Positions 27,811 to 40,232 of a stretch of 64,000 nucleotides of DNA are shown here, piece by piece; the stretch's first letter is position 1; each line of letters opens with the position of its first letter. The position numbers and the translations under genes are program-made. The notes below the pieces were generated by a model, which saw only the letters and a list, made by a program, of their open reading frames with translations, did not search any database and was not told the DNA's origin. The stretch covers positions 4,614 to 68,613 of the forward strand of contig NZ_QFQZ01000013.1 of assembly GCF_003243465.1 (NCBI RefSeq). The letters run 5' to 3'. The DNA comes from Caulobacter segnis (lineage in GTDB: Bacteria; Pseudomonadota; Alphaproteobacteria; Caulobacterales; Caulobacteraceae).

Positions 27811-28818
27811 CTATTCGGCGGCGAAAGCCAAGTGATTTCCGGAGGTAAGCGCCGTCTTGGCCGCCAGTTCGGCCTTGGCTTGCTCGTACTCAGCCGAGAA
27901 ACGTGCGATAAGTTCGGCGGCCGGCAGCACCTCCTTGATGGCGCCGATGCCCTGGCCCGAGCCCCAGATGTCCCGCCAGGCCTTGGCCTCCTGGTTGCCG
28001 CCGGAGCCGAAGCTCATCTTCGACGGATCGCTCTGCGGCAGGTTGTCGGGATCCAGGCCCGCGGCGACGATCGACGAGCGCAGGTAGTTGCCGTGCACGC
28101 CGGTGAACAGGTTCGAATAGACGATGCCGTCGGCCTGGCCCTCGACGATGGCGCGCTTGTAGCCCTCGACCGCGTTGGCCTCCTCGGTGGCGATGAAGGC
28201 CGAGCCGATATAGGCCAGGTCCGCGCCCATGGCCTGGGCGGCCAGGATCGAGCGCCCGCAGGCAATCGAGCCCGACAGCGCGACCGGCCCGTCGAACCAT
28301 TGGCGGATTTCCTGGATCAGGGCGAAGGGCGACAGCGTGCCGGCGTGGCCGCCGGCGCCGGCCGCGACCGGGATCAGGCCGTCGGCGCCCTTCTCGATCG
28401 CCTTGCGGGCGAAGCGGTCGGTGATCACGTCATGCAGCGTGATGCCGCCGTAGGAATGGATCGCCTGGTTCAGGTCCTCGCGCGCGCCCAGCGACGTGAT
28501 GACCACCGGAACCTTGTATTTGACGCACAGCTCGATGTCCTCCTCGAGCCGGTTGTTCGTCTTGTGGACAATCTGATTGACGGCGAAAGGCGCCGAGGGG
28601 GCGTCCGGGTTAGCCTTGTCGTAGGCGGCCAGCTCCTCGGTGATCCGCGCCAGCCATTCGTCCAGCTGCGAGATCGGGCGCGCGTTCAGCGACGGGAACG
28701 AGCCGACGATGCCCGCCTTGCACTGGGCGATCACCAGGTCGGGATTGCTGATGATGAACAGCGGCGAGGCGATGACCGGAAGGCGCAGACGGTCGCGCAG
28801 GATCGGCGGCAGGGCCAT
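27811..28818 (-). CDS. Nitronate monooxygenase (NMO / 2-nitropropane dioxygenase family)
   Basis: 335 aa. LPVIASPLF..S...LV.A..KAG..G and AGGHAG blocks typical of FMN-dependent NMO/FabK-like enzymes. Confidence 0.85.
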   Translation of the reverse strand: MALPPILRDRLRLPVIASPLFIISNPDLVIAQCKAGIVGSFPSLNARPISQLDEWLARITEELAAYDKANPDAPSAPFAVNQIVHKTNNRLEEDIELCVKYKVPVVITSLGAREDLNQAIHSYGGITLHDVITDRFARKAIEKGADGLIPVAAGAGGHAGTLSPFALIQEIRQWFDGPVALSGSIACGRSILAAQAMGADLAYIGSAFIATEEANAVEGYKRAIVEGQADGIVYSNLFTGVHGNYLRSSIVAAGLDPDNLPQSDPSKMSFGSGGNQEAKAWRDIWGSGQGIGAIKEVLPAAELIARFSAEYEQAKAELAAKTALTSGNHLAFAAE

Positions 28819-28961
28819 GGGCGAGGTTCTCCCCTTTGGAGATCGGCTTGAGCGCCGAAATATATGATCACCGTTCAGCTTAAACGCTCGTTTGGCGCCC
28901 GCGCAAGGCTTGACGGCCGTAGCGGCAGGGGCGCATCACGATCAAAAACAATAATGCTGCA

Positions 28962-30443
28962 GTGCAGGAGAGAGACGCTTTGACCGAGGCGACCACGCCC
29001 CTGGCCGAGGACTTTGGTCCGCAAGGCGACGACGCCACCCGCGCCCGCTGGATGGCTCTGGTCGAGAAGACCCTGAAGGGCCAGAGCTTCGACGACGCCC
29101 TGACCACGGCCACGCCGGACGGTGTGACGATCCAGCCTCTCTACACAGCCCAGGACGGCGTCGCCGTCGCTCGCGACCTGCGCATCCGCGACGCCGAACG
29201 GCCGTGGGACCTGCGGGTTCGCGCCGCCCATCCCGACCCGGCTCGGACGGCCAAGGACCTTCTGGCGGACCTTGAGAACGGCGCAGCCTCGGTGCTGCTG
29301 CAGCTCGATCCGACCGGTCAGAACGGGATCGCTGTCGGCTCGGCCGACGATCTGGCCAAGGCGCTGTCGGGCGTCTTGCTGGACCTGGCGCCGGTCGCCC
29401 TCGACGCCGGCTTTCTGGGCCCCAAGGCGGCCGACTGGCTGGGCGCCCTGGCCAAGGCCGCGCCGAACGCGCCGCTAGCCTTCCACCTCGATCCGCTGAC
29501 CGCCTTCATGCAGGCCGGCGTCAGCCCCGGCCCGATCGAAAGCCATATCTTCAACGCCGCGACCGTGGCCACGCGCCTGGCGGCCACCTACGCCAAGGCG
29601 AGCCTTTTCCTGGCGACCGGCCGCGCCACGCACGAGGCCGGCGGCTCCAACGTCGAAGAGCTGGCCGCGATGACCGCCGCCGCCCTCGCCTACGCCAAGG
29701 CCCTGACGCGCTCGGGCCTGTCGACGGAGGAGGCTTTCAGCCGCATCGTGCTCGGCGTCAGCCTGGACGGTGAGTACTTTACCGGCGTCGCCAAGCTGCG
29801 CGCCGCCAAGGCCATGTGGGCGCGGCTCACGGAGGCCTGCGGCGTCTCCGTCCCCGACCAGATCGAGGCCCGCTCGTCGCGGCGGATGCTGGCCAAGGCC
29901 GACGCCTGGACCAACCTCTTGCGCCTGACCTCGGCCGGGTTCGCCGGCGCGGTCGGCGGCGCGAACGCGATCGTGCTGGACGCCTTCACCGACGCGATCG
30001 GTCTGCCCACCGCCTTCGCCCGCCGCCAGGCCCGCAACACCCAGCTCGTCCTGATGGAGGAGAGCAACCTGGGCCGCGTGGCCGATCCGGCCGGCGGGGC
30101 TTGGTACCTCGACAGCCTGACCGACCAGTTGGCCCGCGCCGCCTGGAACGGCTTCCAGGCCATCGAGGCGGCCGGCGGGATCATCAAGGCGCTGGAAAGC
30201 GGCTTCATCGCCAGCGGCGTCGCCAAGACGCGCGCGGCGCAGGAAGCCGCCTTCGCCGACAAGACCCGCAAGATCCTGGGCGTCACCGTCTTCCCCAACG
30301 CCGACGACAAGCCGCCGGAGGTCGAGACGCCCGATCCGGCCGCCTTCGCGGTCACCGGACCGGATGTCCGTCTGCCCGGGCCGGACAGCAAGTGTCAGCC
30401 GCTGACGCCCATCCGCTTCGCCGCCGCCTTCGAGGGAGCCTGA
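28962..30443 (+). CDS. mutA: Methylmalonyl-CoA mutase small (beta) subunit-like protein
   Basis: Mutase-family substrate-domain similarity (RRQARNTQLVLMEESNLGRVADPAGGAWYLDSLTD). Lies immediately upstream of the large subunit. The start could be GTG 28962 or TTG 28980, the latter following AGGAGAGAG. Confidence 0.75.
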   Translation: MQERDALTEATTPLAEDFGPQGDDATRARWMALVEKTLKGQSFDDALTTATPDGVTIQPLYTAQDGVAVARDLRIRDAERPWDLRVRAAHPDPARTAKDLLADLENGAASVLLQLDPTGQNGIAVGSADDLAKALSGVLLDLAPVALDAGFLGPKAADWLGALAKAAPNAPLAFHLDPLTAFMQAGVSPGPIESHIFNAATVATRLAATYAKASLFLATGRATHEAGGSNVEELAAMTAAALAYAKALTRSGLSTEEAFSRIVLGVSLDGEYFTGVAKLRAAKAMWARLTEACGVSVPDQIEARSSRRMLAKADAWTNLLRLTSAGFAGAVGGANAIVLDAFTDAIGLPTAFARRQARNTQLVLMEESNLGRVADPAGGAWYLDSLTDQLARAAWNGFQAIEAAGGIIKALESGFIASGVAKTRAAQEAAFADKTRKILGVTVFPNADDKPPEVETPDPAAFAVTGPDVRLPGPDSKCQPLTPIRFAAAFEGA

Positions 30444-30446
30444 GCC

Positions 30447-32597
<2,151 letters not shown>

Positions 32598-32640
32598 CAT
32601 CATCTGTGCGGTCCGCGCACGGCATGGTAGGCTCCGCGCC

Positions 32641-33216
32641 ATGAACGGCCTCGCCCGAGCGCTGGAGACCTCGCAACAGCACCGCTTCACGCTGGACGAT
32701 GTTCTGCGCATGCAGGAAGCTGGCATTCTCGACGAGAGCGCTCGCGTGGAGCTGATCGACGGAGCGCTGGTCGAAATGGCCCCGGAAGGCACGCCCCATA
32801 CGCGGGTGAAGATGCAACTGGCCAAGCGGTTCTGGTCGACCGTCGGCGACGCCGTAGAGGTGATTGTCGACTCGACGCTGCGCTTGGCTCCCACCTATGC
32901 GCCCGACCCGGATCTCTATCTCTACGACGCGTCGCTTCCGCTGAGCACGGTGAATGGGGGCAATGTCGGCCTGGTGATCGAGATCGCCGACTCGACGCTT
33001 CGATACGATCTCGCCTTCAAGGCCGAGCTCTACGCTCAGCACGGCGTTCGCGACTATTGGGTCGTGGACGTCAACACCGACACGTTGATCGTCCACCGCG
33101 GCCTTGCCGGCGGCGTCTATCGCGACGTGACCCACCATGCGGCGCGCGAGACCGTGACGGCCCTGGTTCTACCAGGCGTGGCGCTTTGCCTGGCCGAACT
33201 GCCGGTGATCCGCTAG
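32641..33216 (+). CDS. Uma2 family (DUF820) PD-(D/E)xK-type endonuclease-like protein
   Basis: 191 aa. ELIDG.LVEMAP, PDL.LY, VIEIADSTLRYD...K..LYA..GV.DYWVVD blocks typical of Uma2. Confidence 0.8.
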   Translation: MNGLARALETSQQHRFTLDDVLRMQEAGILDESARVELIDGALVEMAPEGTPHTRVKMQLAKRFWSTVGDAVEVIVDSTLRLAPTYAPDPDLYLYDASLPLSTVNGGNVGLVIEIADSTLRYDLAFKAELYAQHGVRDYWVVDVNTDTLIVHRGLAGGVYRDVTHHAARETVTALVLPGVALCLAELPVIR

Positions 33217-33686
33217 CCGGCCCTTCGCCGGAACAGCCCGCGCTTTTTCTGGCTACGCTCGAAGGCGACCTCCTCAGGCAGGCCGTGGCGGGCCTCGATG
33301 TCCTTCTGCAGCTCCTTGGCCGCCATCAGGTGGCCGGGGAAGATCGTGTCGACGGCCCAGCCGAGGACCGGCACGGTGTCGGACAGGTTGTCAGCGGCGA
33401 GATAGGCGGTCATCCGCCCCATGGTGGCGGGCGAGGCCTTGGCGTGAACCGCATGGAACAGCAGCAAGGCGCCCGCGCCAAGGCCATACGCCAGGCCAAC
33501 GCCCGGAACCCAGGCCAGCACGCCGTCCAGGCCGATGCCAACGGGGCCGACACCGATCAGCCGGTCGGACAGACGCTTGATCGTCTCGGCCGCCCGCCAG
33601 GCGCGATGCGCCTTGAAGCGTTGGTCGTCCACGGGACCCGCTTGCGGATGGGCGTAGGCCGAAGCCACGGAGAAATCGTCGGTCAT
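33213..33686 (-). CDS. DUF4112 membrane protein
   Basis: 157 aa. GIGLDGVLAWVPGVG and the DTVPVLGWAVD..F motif are as I remember for DUF4112. Confidence 0.65.
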   Translation of the reverse strand: MTDDFSVASAYAHPQAGPVDDQRFKAHRAWRAAETIKRLSDRLIGVGPVGIGLDGVLAWVPGVGLAYGLGAGALLLFHAVHAKASPATMGRMTAYLAADNLSDTVPVLGWAVDTIFPGHLMAAKELQKDIEARHGLPEEVAFERSQKKRGLFRRRAG

Positions 33687-33811
33687 GATGCCAGAACGTG
33701 CCGCAACGTCGCGCGTTGCCTCGATCTCAGATCGGGACCGTCGCGGCGCGTCGCAAGGGCGATCGACCGTTTGGGTTTCGCAATCGCCGAGCCTCGGCTA
33801 AGCCAGGTTTC

Positions 33812-34795
33812 GTGAACCCTGGTCCCGACATCGACGTCCTGCAACAGCGCCTGGTCGCCGGCGACCGCGCGGCCCTTGCCCGCGCCATCACCCTGGTCGA
33901 GAGCCGCCGCGCCGATCATCAGGTCGCGGCCCGGACGCTGCTTTCGCGCCTGATGCCGCTGACCGGCCGCGCCCAGCGGATCGGAATCACAGGCGTTCCG
34001 GGCGCGGGCAAGTCGACGACGATCGAGCGGTTCGGCTGCAACCTGGTCGCCGCCGGCCTCAAGGTCGCGGTGCTGGCGGTCGATCCCTCTTCCGGCCGCC
34101 ACGGCGGCTCGATCCTCGGCGACAAGACCCGGATGGAGCAGCTCAGCGTCCAGCCCAACGCCTATATCCGTCCCTCCCCGTCCGGCGGCGCTCTGGGCGG
34201 GGTGGCGCGCAAGACCCGCGAGGCGATGTTGCTGTGCGAGGCGGCCGGTTTCGACGTGGTCATCGTCGAGACTGTGGGCGTCGGCCAGTCGGAAACCGTC
34301 GTGGCCGACATGGTCGACATCTTCCTGGCCCTGCTGATCCCGGGGGGCGGCGACGAGCTGCAGGGTATCAAGAAGGGCCTGATCGAGCTGGCCGACCTGC
34401 TGGTCATCAACAAGGCCGACGCCGATCCCGCCAAGGCCGAGCGTTCGGCGCGAGACTATCGCAACGCCCTGTATATCCTGACGCCGGCCCATCCAGATTG
34501 GACACCGCCCGTGCTGACCGCCTCGGGCTTGACCGGCCAGGGATTGGACGTGCTGTGGACCCAGATCCAGCGCCATCGCGAGATCATGACCGCCAACGGC
34601 GCCCGTGTGGCCCGCCGCGCCGACCAGGATGCGCGATGGATGTGGGCGATGGTCGAGGATCGGCTAAGGGCGGCGTTTCGAACCGCGCCGGCCGTCGCCG
34701 AGCTGGCGCCAGGCCTTGAGGCCTCGGTTCGGGCTGGAGAGGTTCCGGCGTCTGTCGCCGCCGATCACCTTCTGGGCGCCTTTGGACTGACCTAG
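33812..34795 (+). CDS. meaB: Methylmalonyl-CoA mutase-associated GTPase MeaB (ArgK)
   Basis: GTG at 33812. P-loop GVPGAGKST, then DPSS and NKAD motifs. Confidence 0.9.
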   Translation: MNPGPDIDVLQQRLVAGDRAALARAITLVESRRADHQVAARTLLSRLMPLTGRAQRIGITGVPGAGKSTTIERFGCNLVAAGLKVAVLAVDPSSGRHGGSILGDKTRMEQLSVQPNAYIRPSPSGGALGGVARKTREAMLLCEAAGFDVVIVETVGVGQSETVVADMVDIFLALLIPGGGDELQGIKKGLIELADLLVINKADADPAKAERSARDYRNALYILTPAHPDWTPPVLTASGLTGQGLDVLWTQIQRHREIMTANGARVARRADQDARWMWAMVEDRLRAAFRTAPAVAELAPGLEASVRAGEVPASVAADHLLGAFGLT

Positions 34796-36468
34796 GCGGC
34801 GGAGGCCAGAGCGCCAAGCGCTTCCTGCAGCCGGAACCTAGCCACAAGATCCGACAGTTCCGCCGCTTGGCCCCGCAGCATATGCGAAGCTGCGGTCGCT
34901 TCTTCGACGAGGGCGGCGTTCGACTGCAGCATGCGGTCCATCTCGCCAACCGCCGACGACACGTGGCCAAGGCTACTGGCCTGCTCCTGAGCCGATGCCG
35001 ATATGTCAGCCATCAGGCCTTCGATTTCGCCGATCTGCACCAGGATCTCGCGCAGGGCCGCGCCAGCCCCGCCAACAAGCGACACCCCGCGTTCGACGTT
35101 CTGAGATGACGCCGCGATCAGCGACTTGATTTCGCGCGCGGCCTCGGCCGAGCGCTGAGCCAGGGCTCGCACCTCCTGGGCCACGACCGCAAAGCCACGA
35201 CCGGCCTCGCCCGCCCGCGCGGCCTCGACGCCCGCGTTCAAGGCCAGCAGATTGGTCTGGAAGGCGATCTCGTCGATTACGCCGATGATCTTGCTGATCT
35301 GATCGGACGATTGCTCGATACCGCCCATGGCCTCGACGGCGCTTTCCACGACGTCGCGCGACTGCTCGGCGTGCCGGCTGGCGCGTTCGACGACGGCGTT
35401 GGCGTGTTGCGCGCCCGAAGCCGTGCGCGTGACGGCCGTGGTGATCTCGTCCAAGGCGGCGGCGGTCTCTTCTAGGCTGGCCGCCTGCTGCTCGGTACGA
35501 CGGGCCAGGTCGTCCGCGTTGCCCGCGATCTCGTCACCGCCCGAGTTGACCATCTTGGTCGCCTCGGCCACGACCAGCAGCGTCCGATTGAGGGCTTCGG
35601 CCGAGGCGTTGAAGGCGGTCCGTAGCGGATCCAGCGACGGCATAAGAGTCTCGCCGATCCGAACGCGCAGATCCCCTTCGGACAAGCTTTGAAGGTTCTC
35701 GGTGACCAGGGTCACCTGGCGCATGCGCTCGGTCAGGTCAGTCGCGATCTTGACCACCTTCGCAACCCGGCCATCGGCGTCGAACACGGGATTGTACTGG
35801 GCTTGCAACCATACCTCCCGCCCGCCCTTCCCAAGACGCCGGAACTCGCCGGAGAAGAACTCACCGGCCGAAAGGCATCCCCAGAACCGGCGATACTCTT
35901 CGCTCTTGGCGTAGAGGGGCTCGGTGAACATGCGGTGATGATGGCCGACGATCTCGTCGCGCCGATAGCCGACCGCGTTCAGGAAGTTGTCGTTCGCCTC
36001 CAGGATAATCCCGTCCAGCGAGAACTGAATGATCGCCTGGGACCGGTCGATCGCGGTGAGCAGGCTCTGGTTCTCAGCGGCGGCGATCTTTTCGGCGGTG
36101 ACATCGAGCGCCAACTTGACGACCTTTACGACCTTTCCCGCCCGATCCAGCACCGGCGAGTAGGATGCGCGAATCCAGAGCGGAGAGCCGTCCTTGCGGC
36201 GACGCTTGAACTCACCGCTCTTGAATCCGCTGGTGCGAAGGTCCGCCCAGAATCGTCGATAAGCTTCGCTCTGGGTTTCCCCCTCTTCGAGGAACATCGC
36301 ATGCTCGCGGCCGACGATCTCCGACAGGTCGTAGCCAACGGCGGCGCAGAACGCCGGGTTGGCGGTCATGACACGCCCTTCGGAGGTAAACTCGATGATG
36401 GCGAAGGAAAGGCCGAGCGCTTCGAGGGTGGCGTCGGACGAAGAACGGACTTTGAAACCGAAGGCCAT
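34792..36468 (-). CDS. Soluble methyl-accepting chemotaxis protein with two N-terminal PAS domains
   Basis: Two PAS repeats (..ANPAFCAAVGY.. and ..ANDNFLNAVGY..), then the conserved MCP signalling hairpin (IDEIAFQTNLLALNAGVEAARAGEAGRGFAVVAQEVRALAQRS). No TM segment. Start at ATG 36468 or GTG 36492. Confidence 0.85.
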   Translation of the reverse strand: MAFGFKVRSSSDATLEALGLSFAIIEFTSEGRVMTANPAFCAAVGYDLSEIVGREHAMFLEEGETQSEAYRRFWADLRTSGFKSGEFKRRRKDGSPLWIRASYSPVLDRAGKVVKVVKLALDVTAEKIAAAENQSLLTAIDRSQAIIQFSLDGIILEANDNFLNAVGYRRDEIVGHHHRMFTEPLYAKSEEYRRFWGCLSAGEFFSGEFRRLGKGGREVWLQAQYNPVFDADGRVAKVVKIATDLTERMRQVTLVTENLQSLSEGDLRVRIGETLMPSLDPLRTAFNASAEALNRTLLVVAEATKMVNSGGDEIAGNADDLARRTEQQAASLEETAAALDEITTAVTRTASGAQHANAVVERASRHAEQSRDVVESAVEAMGGIEQSSDQISKIIGVIDEIAFQTNLLALNAGVEAARAGEAGRGFAVVAQEVRALAQRSAEAAREIKSLIAASSQNVERGVSLVGGAGAALREILVQIGEIEGLMADISASAQEQASSLGHVSSAVGEMDRMLQSNAALVEEATAASHMLRGQAAELSDLVARFRLQEALGALASAA

Positions 36469-36619
36469 GGGAGACTTCCGCGAGATTTCCACGCAGGACG
36501 ATCAGCAAACAGCCTTTCCCCCAGCTTAAGTAGGGTCTTTTTAGGCTCGAAAACGCCCCCGAAACGGGCTGGCTGCGACACTTTTGGCAATTGTGTCGGT
36601 TTCGGTCTAAGGATCGTCG

Positions 36620-36931
36620 ATGCTCAAGAAGACGATCGTCAGCAAGGTCACCGATCCCGCCGCCGAGGCCGACCGCGCCTGGTTCGAGGCCAACGCCGAG
36701 CGCCGGTTCCGCCTGCGCGATCCCGCGCCGCTGGAGTTCAAGGACCCGCTGGGCGATCCGGGCGACGGCTTCTCCTGGCGGGTGCTGGTCGCCCTGTTGC
36801 CCGACGGCGGCCGCCTGCGGCTGCCCGTGTCGCTGTCGTGGGAGCTGCACAACGATCACGCCAAGGACCAGCATCTGCGGATCCTGTTCGACCAGATCGC
36901 GCCGGCCGAAGCGAAGGCCCGCCTGGGCTAG
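36620..36931 (+). CDS. Hypothetical small protein (103 aa)
   Basis: ATG preceded by AAGGA. High GC3. No family recognised. Confidence 0.4.
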   Translation: MLKKTIVSKVTDPAAEADRAWFEANAERRFRLRDPAPLEFKDPLGDPGDGFSWRVLVALLPDGGRLRLPVSLSWELHNDHAKDQHLRILFDQIAPAEAKARLG

Positions 36932-36970
36932 GCCCATTGACGCGGCGCGGCGATCGCGCACCCTCGCCGC

Positions 36971-37384
36971 ATGACCCGTACGATCCTGATGTGGGCCCTG
37001 GTGCTGGCGGTCTGCGCCTTCGCCCTGCAGTGGCTGGAGCAGCAGTTCCTGCTGCGCGTCCTGTCCTGGAAGATCTATGCCGGCCTGATCGGAACCGCTT
37101 TCGCGGCCGCGGGCGTCTGGCTCGGCTGGAAGCTGGCGGCGCGCTCCCGGCCCGAGACCTTCAAGCGCAACGACGCCGCCCTCTCCAGCCTAGGCCTGAC
37201 CGGGCAGGAAGTTCGGGTGCTGGAACGCCTGGCGGCGGGGCGCTCCAACAAGGAGATCGCCCGCGACCTTGGCCTCTCGCCCAATACGGTCAAGACGCAC
37301 GTCGCCAACCTCTACAGCAAGCTCGAGGTCCGCCGGCGCACCCAGGCGGTGGGCAAGGCGCGAGAGTTGGCGCTGATCCCTTGA
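36971..37384 (+). CDS. Membrane-anchored LuxR/FixJ-type HTH transcriptional regulator (2 TM + HTH, no receiver domain)
   Basis: Two N-terminal hydrophobic helices, then LTGQEVRVLERLAAGRSNKEIARDLGLSPNTVKTHVANLYSKL. Confidence 0.75.
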   Translation: MTRTILMWALVLAVCAFALQWLEQQFLLRVLSWKIYAGLIGTAFAAAGVWLGWKLAARSRPETFKRNDAALSSLGLTGQEVRVLERLAAGRSNKEIARDLGLSPNTVKTHVANLYSKLEVRRRTQAVGKARELALIP

Positions 37385-37499
37385 CGGCCCTGCAAAGGCG
37401 CCAAACCGTCGAATTCACCCTTTCGGGCGATACCGCCGCGTCTCCATAGGCGGCAAGCCTCGGGACGCGCCGCAGGGGGCGGCGCGCAGGAGGAATGAC

Positions 37500-38027
37500 A
37501 TGTCTCGCACTATCCTGGGCTACGGCCTGCTCTCGGGCGCCGTGATCATCGTCGGCATCATCATCACCATAGTGATCGGCGGCGGCGCGCCGCATTCCAG
37601 CGTCTGGCTGGGCTATCTGATCATGCTGGTCGGCCTGTCCTCGATCCTGCTGGCCATCAAGCAGCATCGCGACAAGGTCCTGGGCGGCGTCATCAAGTTC
37701 TGGCCCGCCTTCCTGATCGGCCTGGGCGTCGCCGTGGTGGCGTCGCTGGCTTATGTGCTGATCTGGGAGGTCTATCTGGCGCTCACGCACTACAGCTTCA
37801 TGGACCAGTATGTGGCCGCCACCCTGGCCCAGAAGAAGGCGGCCGGCCTCAGCGGCGAAGCCTATGCCAAGCTGGCTGCGGATCTCGACGCGATGAAGCG
37901 CAGCTACGCCAATCCGCTCTATCGCCTGCCGATGACCTTCGCTGAGATCTTCCCGGTCGGCCTGTTGGTCACCCTGGTCAGCGCGGCGCTGCTGCGCAAC
38001 CCGAGGTTCCTGCCCGCGAGGACTTAG
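37500..38027 (+). CDS. DUF4199-like polytopic membrane protein
   Basis: AGGAGG SD 6 nt upstream of the ATG. 175 aa, four TM segments. The family call is from memory only. Confidence 0.55.
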   Translation: MSRTILGYGLLSGAVIIVGIIITIVIGGGAPHSSVWLGYLIMLVGLSSILLAIKQHRDKVLGGVIKFWPAFLIGLGVAVVASLAYVLIWEVYLALTHYSFMDQYVAATLAQKKAAGLSGEAYAKLAADLDAMKRSYANPLYRLPMTFAEIFPVGLLVTLVSAALLRNPRFLPART

Positions 38028-38038
38028 CTGGGGCGGAG

Positions 38039-38062
38039 GCAGGCGGCCCTCAGGCCGCCTGC
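38039..38062. terminator. 10-bp GC hairpin (GCAGGCGGCC-CTCA-GGCCGCCTGC) between convergent genes, enclosing the cckA stop codon
   Basis: Read directly from the sequence. The loop contains the TGA stop (38050-38052, minus strand). Confidence 0.45.
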
Positions 38063-40131
38063 AGCTGCTGCTTGACCCGTTCGGCCAGGGTCTTGATGTC
38101 GATCGGCTTGGGCAGGAAGGTCACGCCGGTCTCGCCTTCCAGCAGGTCGCTGAACTCGGCCTCGGCATAACCGGAGATGAACATCACCGGTGCGGTCCCG
38201 AGATAGCCGCGCGCCTTCTTCAGCAGCGTCGGGCCATCGATGCCGGGCATGATCACGTCGCTGATCAGCAGGTCGATGGTGCCGGCGTGCTCCTCGGCGA
38301 TCAGCAGGGCCTCCTCGCCGTCGGCCGCCTCCAGCACCTCGTAGCCCCGAGCGCGCAGAAGGCGAGCGGCGACGCTGCGGACGGCGTCCTCGTCCTCGAC
38401 GAACAGGATCCGGCCGGCGCCCGACAGATCGCGGGCGGCGCGCGGCTTGACCGGTTCGGCGGCGGCGGCCTGAGCGGCCAAGGCGACACCAGCGGGGGGC
38501 TCGTAGATCGGCAGGAAGATGCGGAAGGCCGCGCCCTCGTTCGGACGGCTATGGACGTGGATCCAGCCGTCGCTCTGCTTGACGATGCCATAGACCGTGG
38601 CCAGGCCCAGGCCCGTGCCCTCGCCCACCGGCTTGGTGGTGAAGAACGGGTCGAAGATCTTGCCCATCACGTCGGGCGGGATGCCGGGGCCGTCGTCGCT
38701 GACCTCGATGAAGGCGCAGTCGCCGTCGGCGGCCGGGAAGCCCAGCTGGATCGCCTCGTCGCGGGTCAGGCGCGCCGTGCGGATGCGCACGACGCCGCCC
38801 CCCTTGGCCGCCCGCACGGCGTCGCGGGCGTTGACCGCCAGGTTCATGACCGCCGTCTCGAGCTGGCTCTTGTCGGCCCGCACCTGGGGCAGGTCGCGGC
38901 CATAGTCGGTGATCAGCTTGACGTCCTCGCGCAGCAGGCGGCGCAGCAGGACCTCGAATTCCGAGATCAGCTCACCCAGGTCCAGCACCTCGCGCTGGAC
39001 GGTCTGCTTGCGCGAGAAGGCCAGCAGCTTGCGGACGAGATCGGCGGCCCGCACGCCCGTCTGGCGGATCTCGTTGAGGCCTTCATAGGACGGGTCGCCA
39101 ACCGGATGCCGGTGCAACAGCTCGTCCAGGCGCAGCTGGATGGCCGTTAGCAGGTTGTTGAAGTCGTGCGCCACGCCGCCGGCCAGCTGGCCGATCGCCT
39201 GCATCTTCTGGGCCTGGGCCAGTTGCAGCTCGATCTGCTTCTGCTCGGACACGTCGATCATGTAGGCCACGAGGCGGCCTTCGGCGCGATAGAGGTAGAG
39301 GTGGGCGATGCGGGTGGCGTCGCGGGCGAGGCGCACCTCGTAGGGACCCGCGCGCCCTTCGGCCAGGCGCGTCTCGGCGTCGGCGCGGGAGGCCGCGTCG
39401 ATCAGGTCGCCGAACACCACGCCAGCCTTGGCGCCGGTCATGGTCGTCAGGGCCGGGTTGGCCTCCAGAACGCGCGAGGTGAACGGCTCCAGGCCCTCCA
39501 GCAGGGCCGCGCCGAACGGCGAGGCGCCGGCGAAGGCGTCCAGCGAATTGGGCGGCGGGGCGGCGCGCTCGGCCACCGCCGCTGGCGCGATGGGCTCGGC
39601 CGCGGGCTCTGGCGCCGCGACGGGCGACAGGCGGATCAGCAGGCGGCCGCCGGGCAGGCTGGACACCTTGGCGATCTGGTCCACATCCCCGGCGCGCAGA
39701 GCGCCCTCGGCCATCCCGCCGTTGCGGGCCTGGATCATGGCGGCGAACAGGCCAGCGCCCGCCACGCCCTTGGGCAGGCGGCGCTGCGAGCCCATCAGGG
39801 CGCGCCAGGCGCCGTTAGCCGCCAGCACGCGGCCGTCCGGCGCGGCCAGGCTCGCCGGCTCGCTCAAGGCGGTAATGAAGGTTTCGGCCTGGTCGGAATC
39901 GTCGCCGCTCTGGGCTGTGCCGCGAATGGCCAGCAGGCCCAGCACAGCCACGCCCGCCACGCCCAGCAGCAGCAGCAGCCCGGCCAGCGTGCTCGGCCCC
40001 GCCTTCAAGGCCGGCGCGGCGGAAAAGCCGGCCGCCGCCAGGAAGAAGATGGCCGCGGCCGCCAGCCACGGATCGAACCGTCGACGCGCCGCGCCGGCCA
40101 TGGCTTTGTCCTGGAGGTGAAGATCGGCCAT
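38050..40131 (-). CDS. cckA: Hybrid sensor histidine kinase/response regulator CckA
   Basis: About 693 aa from ATG 40131 (MADLHLQDK..). Two N-terminal TM helices, a PAS region, the H-box VAHDFNNLL, HATPase (GTGLGL) and a C-terminal receiver ([21 protein letters not shown]). Its position immediately downstream of flhB matches my recollection of the C. crescentus locus. Confidence 0.8.
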   Translation of the reverse strand: MADLHLQDKAMAGAARRRFDPWLAAAAIFFLAAAGFSAAPALKAGPSTLAGLLLLLGVAGVAVLGLLAIRGTAQSGDDSDQAETFITALSEPASLAAPDGRVLAANGAWRALMGSQRRLPKGVAGAGLFAAMIQARNGGMAEGALRAGDVDQIAKVSSLPGGRLLIRLSPVAAPEPAAEPIAPAAVAERAAPPPNSLDAFAGASPFGAALLEGLEPFTSRVLEANPALTTMTGAKAGVVFGDLIDAASRADAETRLAEGRAGPYEVRLARDATRIAHLYLYRAEGRLVAYMIDVSEQKQIELQLAQAQKMQAIGQLAGGVAHDFNNLLTAIQLRLDELLHRHPVGDPSYEGLNEIRQTGVRAADLVRKLLAFSRKQTVQREVLDLGELISEFEVLLRRLLREDVKLITDYGRDLPQVRADKSQLETAVMNLAVNARDAVRAAKGGGVVRIRTARLTRDEAIQLGFPAADGDCAFIEVSDDGPGIPPDVMGKIFDPFFTTKPVGEGTGLGLATVYGIVKQSDGWIHVHSRPNEGAAFRIFLPIYEPPAGVALAAQAAAAEPVKPRAARDLSGAGRILFVEDEDAVRSVAARLLRARGYEVLEAADGEEALLIAEEHAGTIDLLISDVIMPGIDGPTLLKKARGYLGTAPVMFISGYAEAEFSDLLEGETGVTFLPKPIDIKTLAERVKQQLQAA

Positions 40132-40232
40132 CGGCGGCATGCGTACCTTGGTTACGGTGAGGCTGCGACTCACCGGAGATCGTTGAAACAATAACCTTTC
40201 CCGAGGGCTAGGTCATTTTTACGGAGTGAAAT

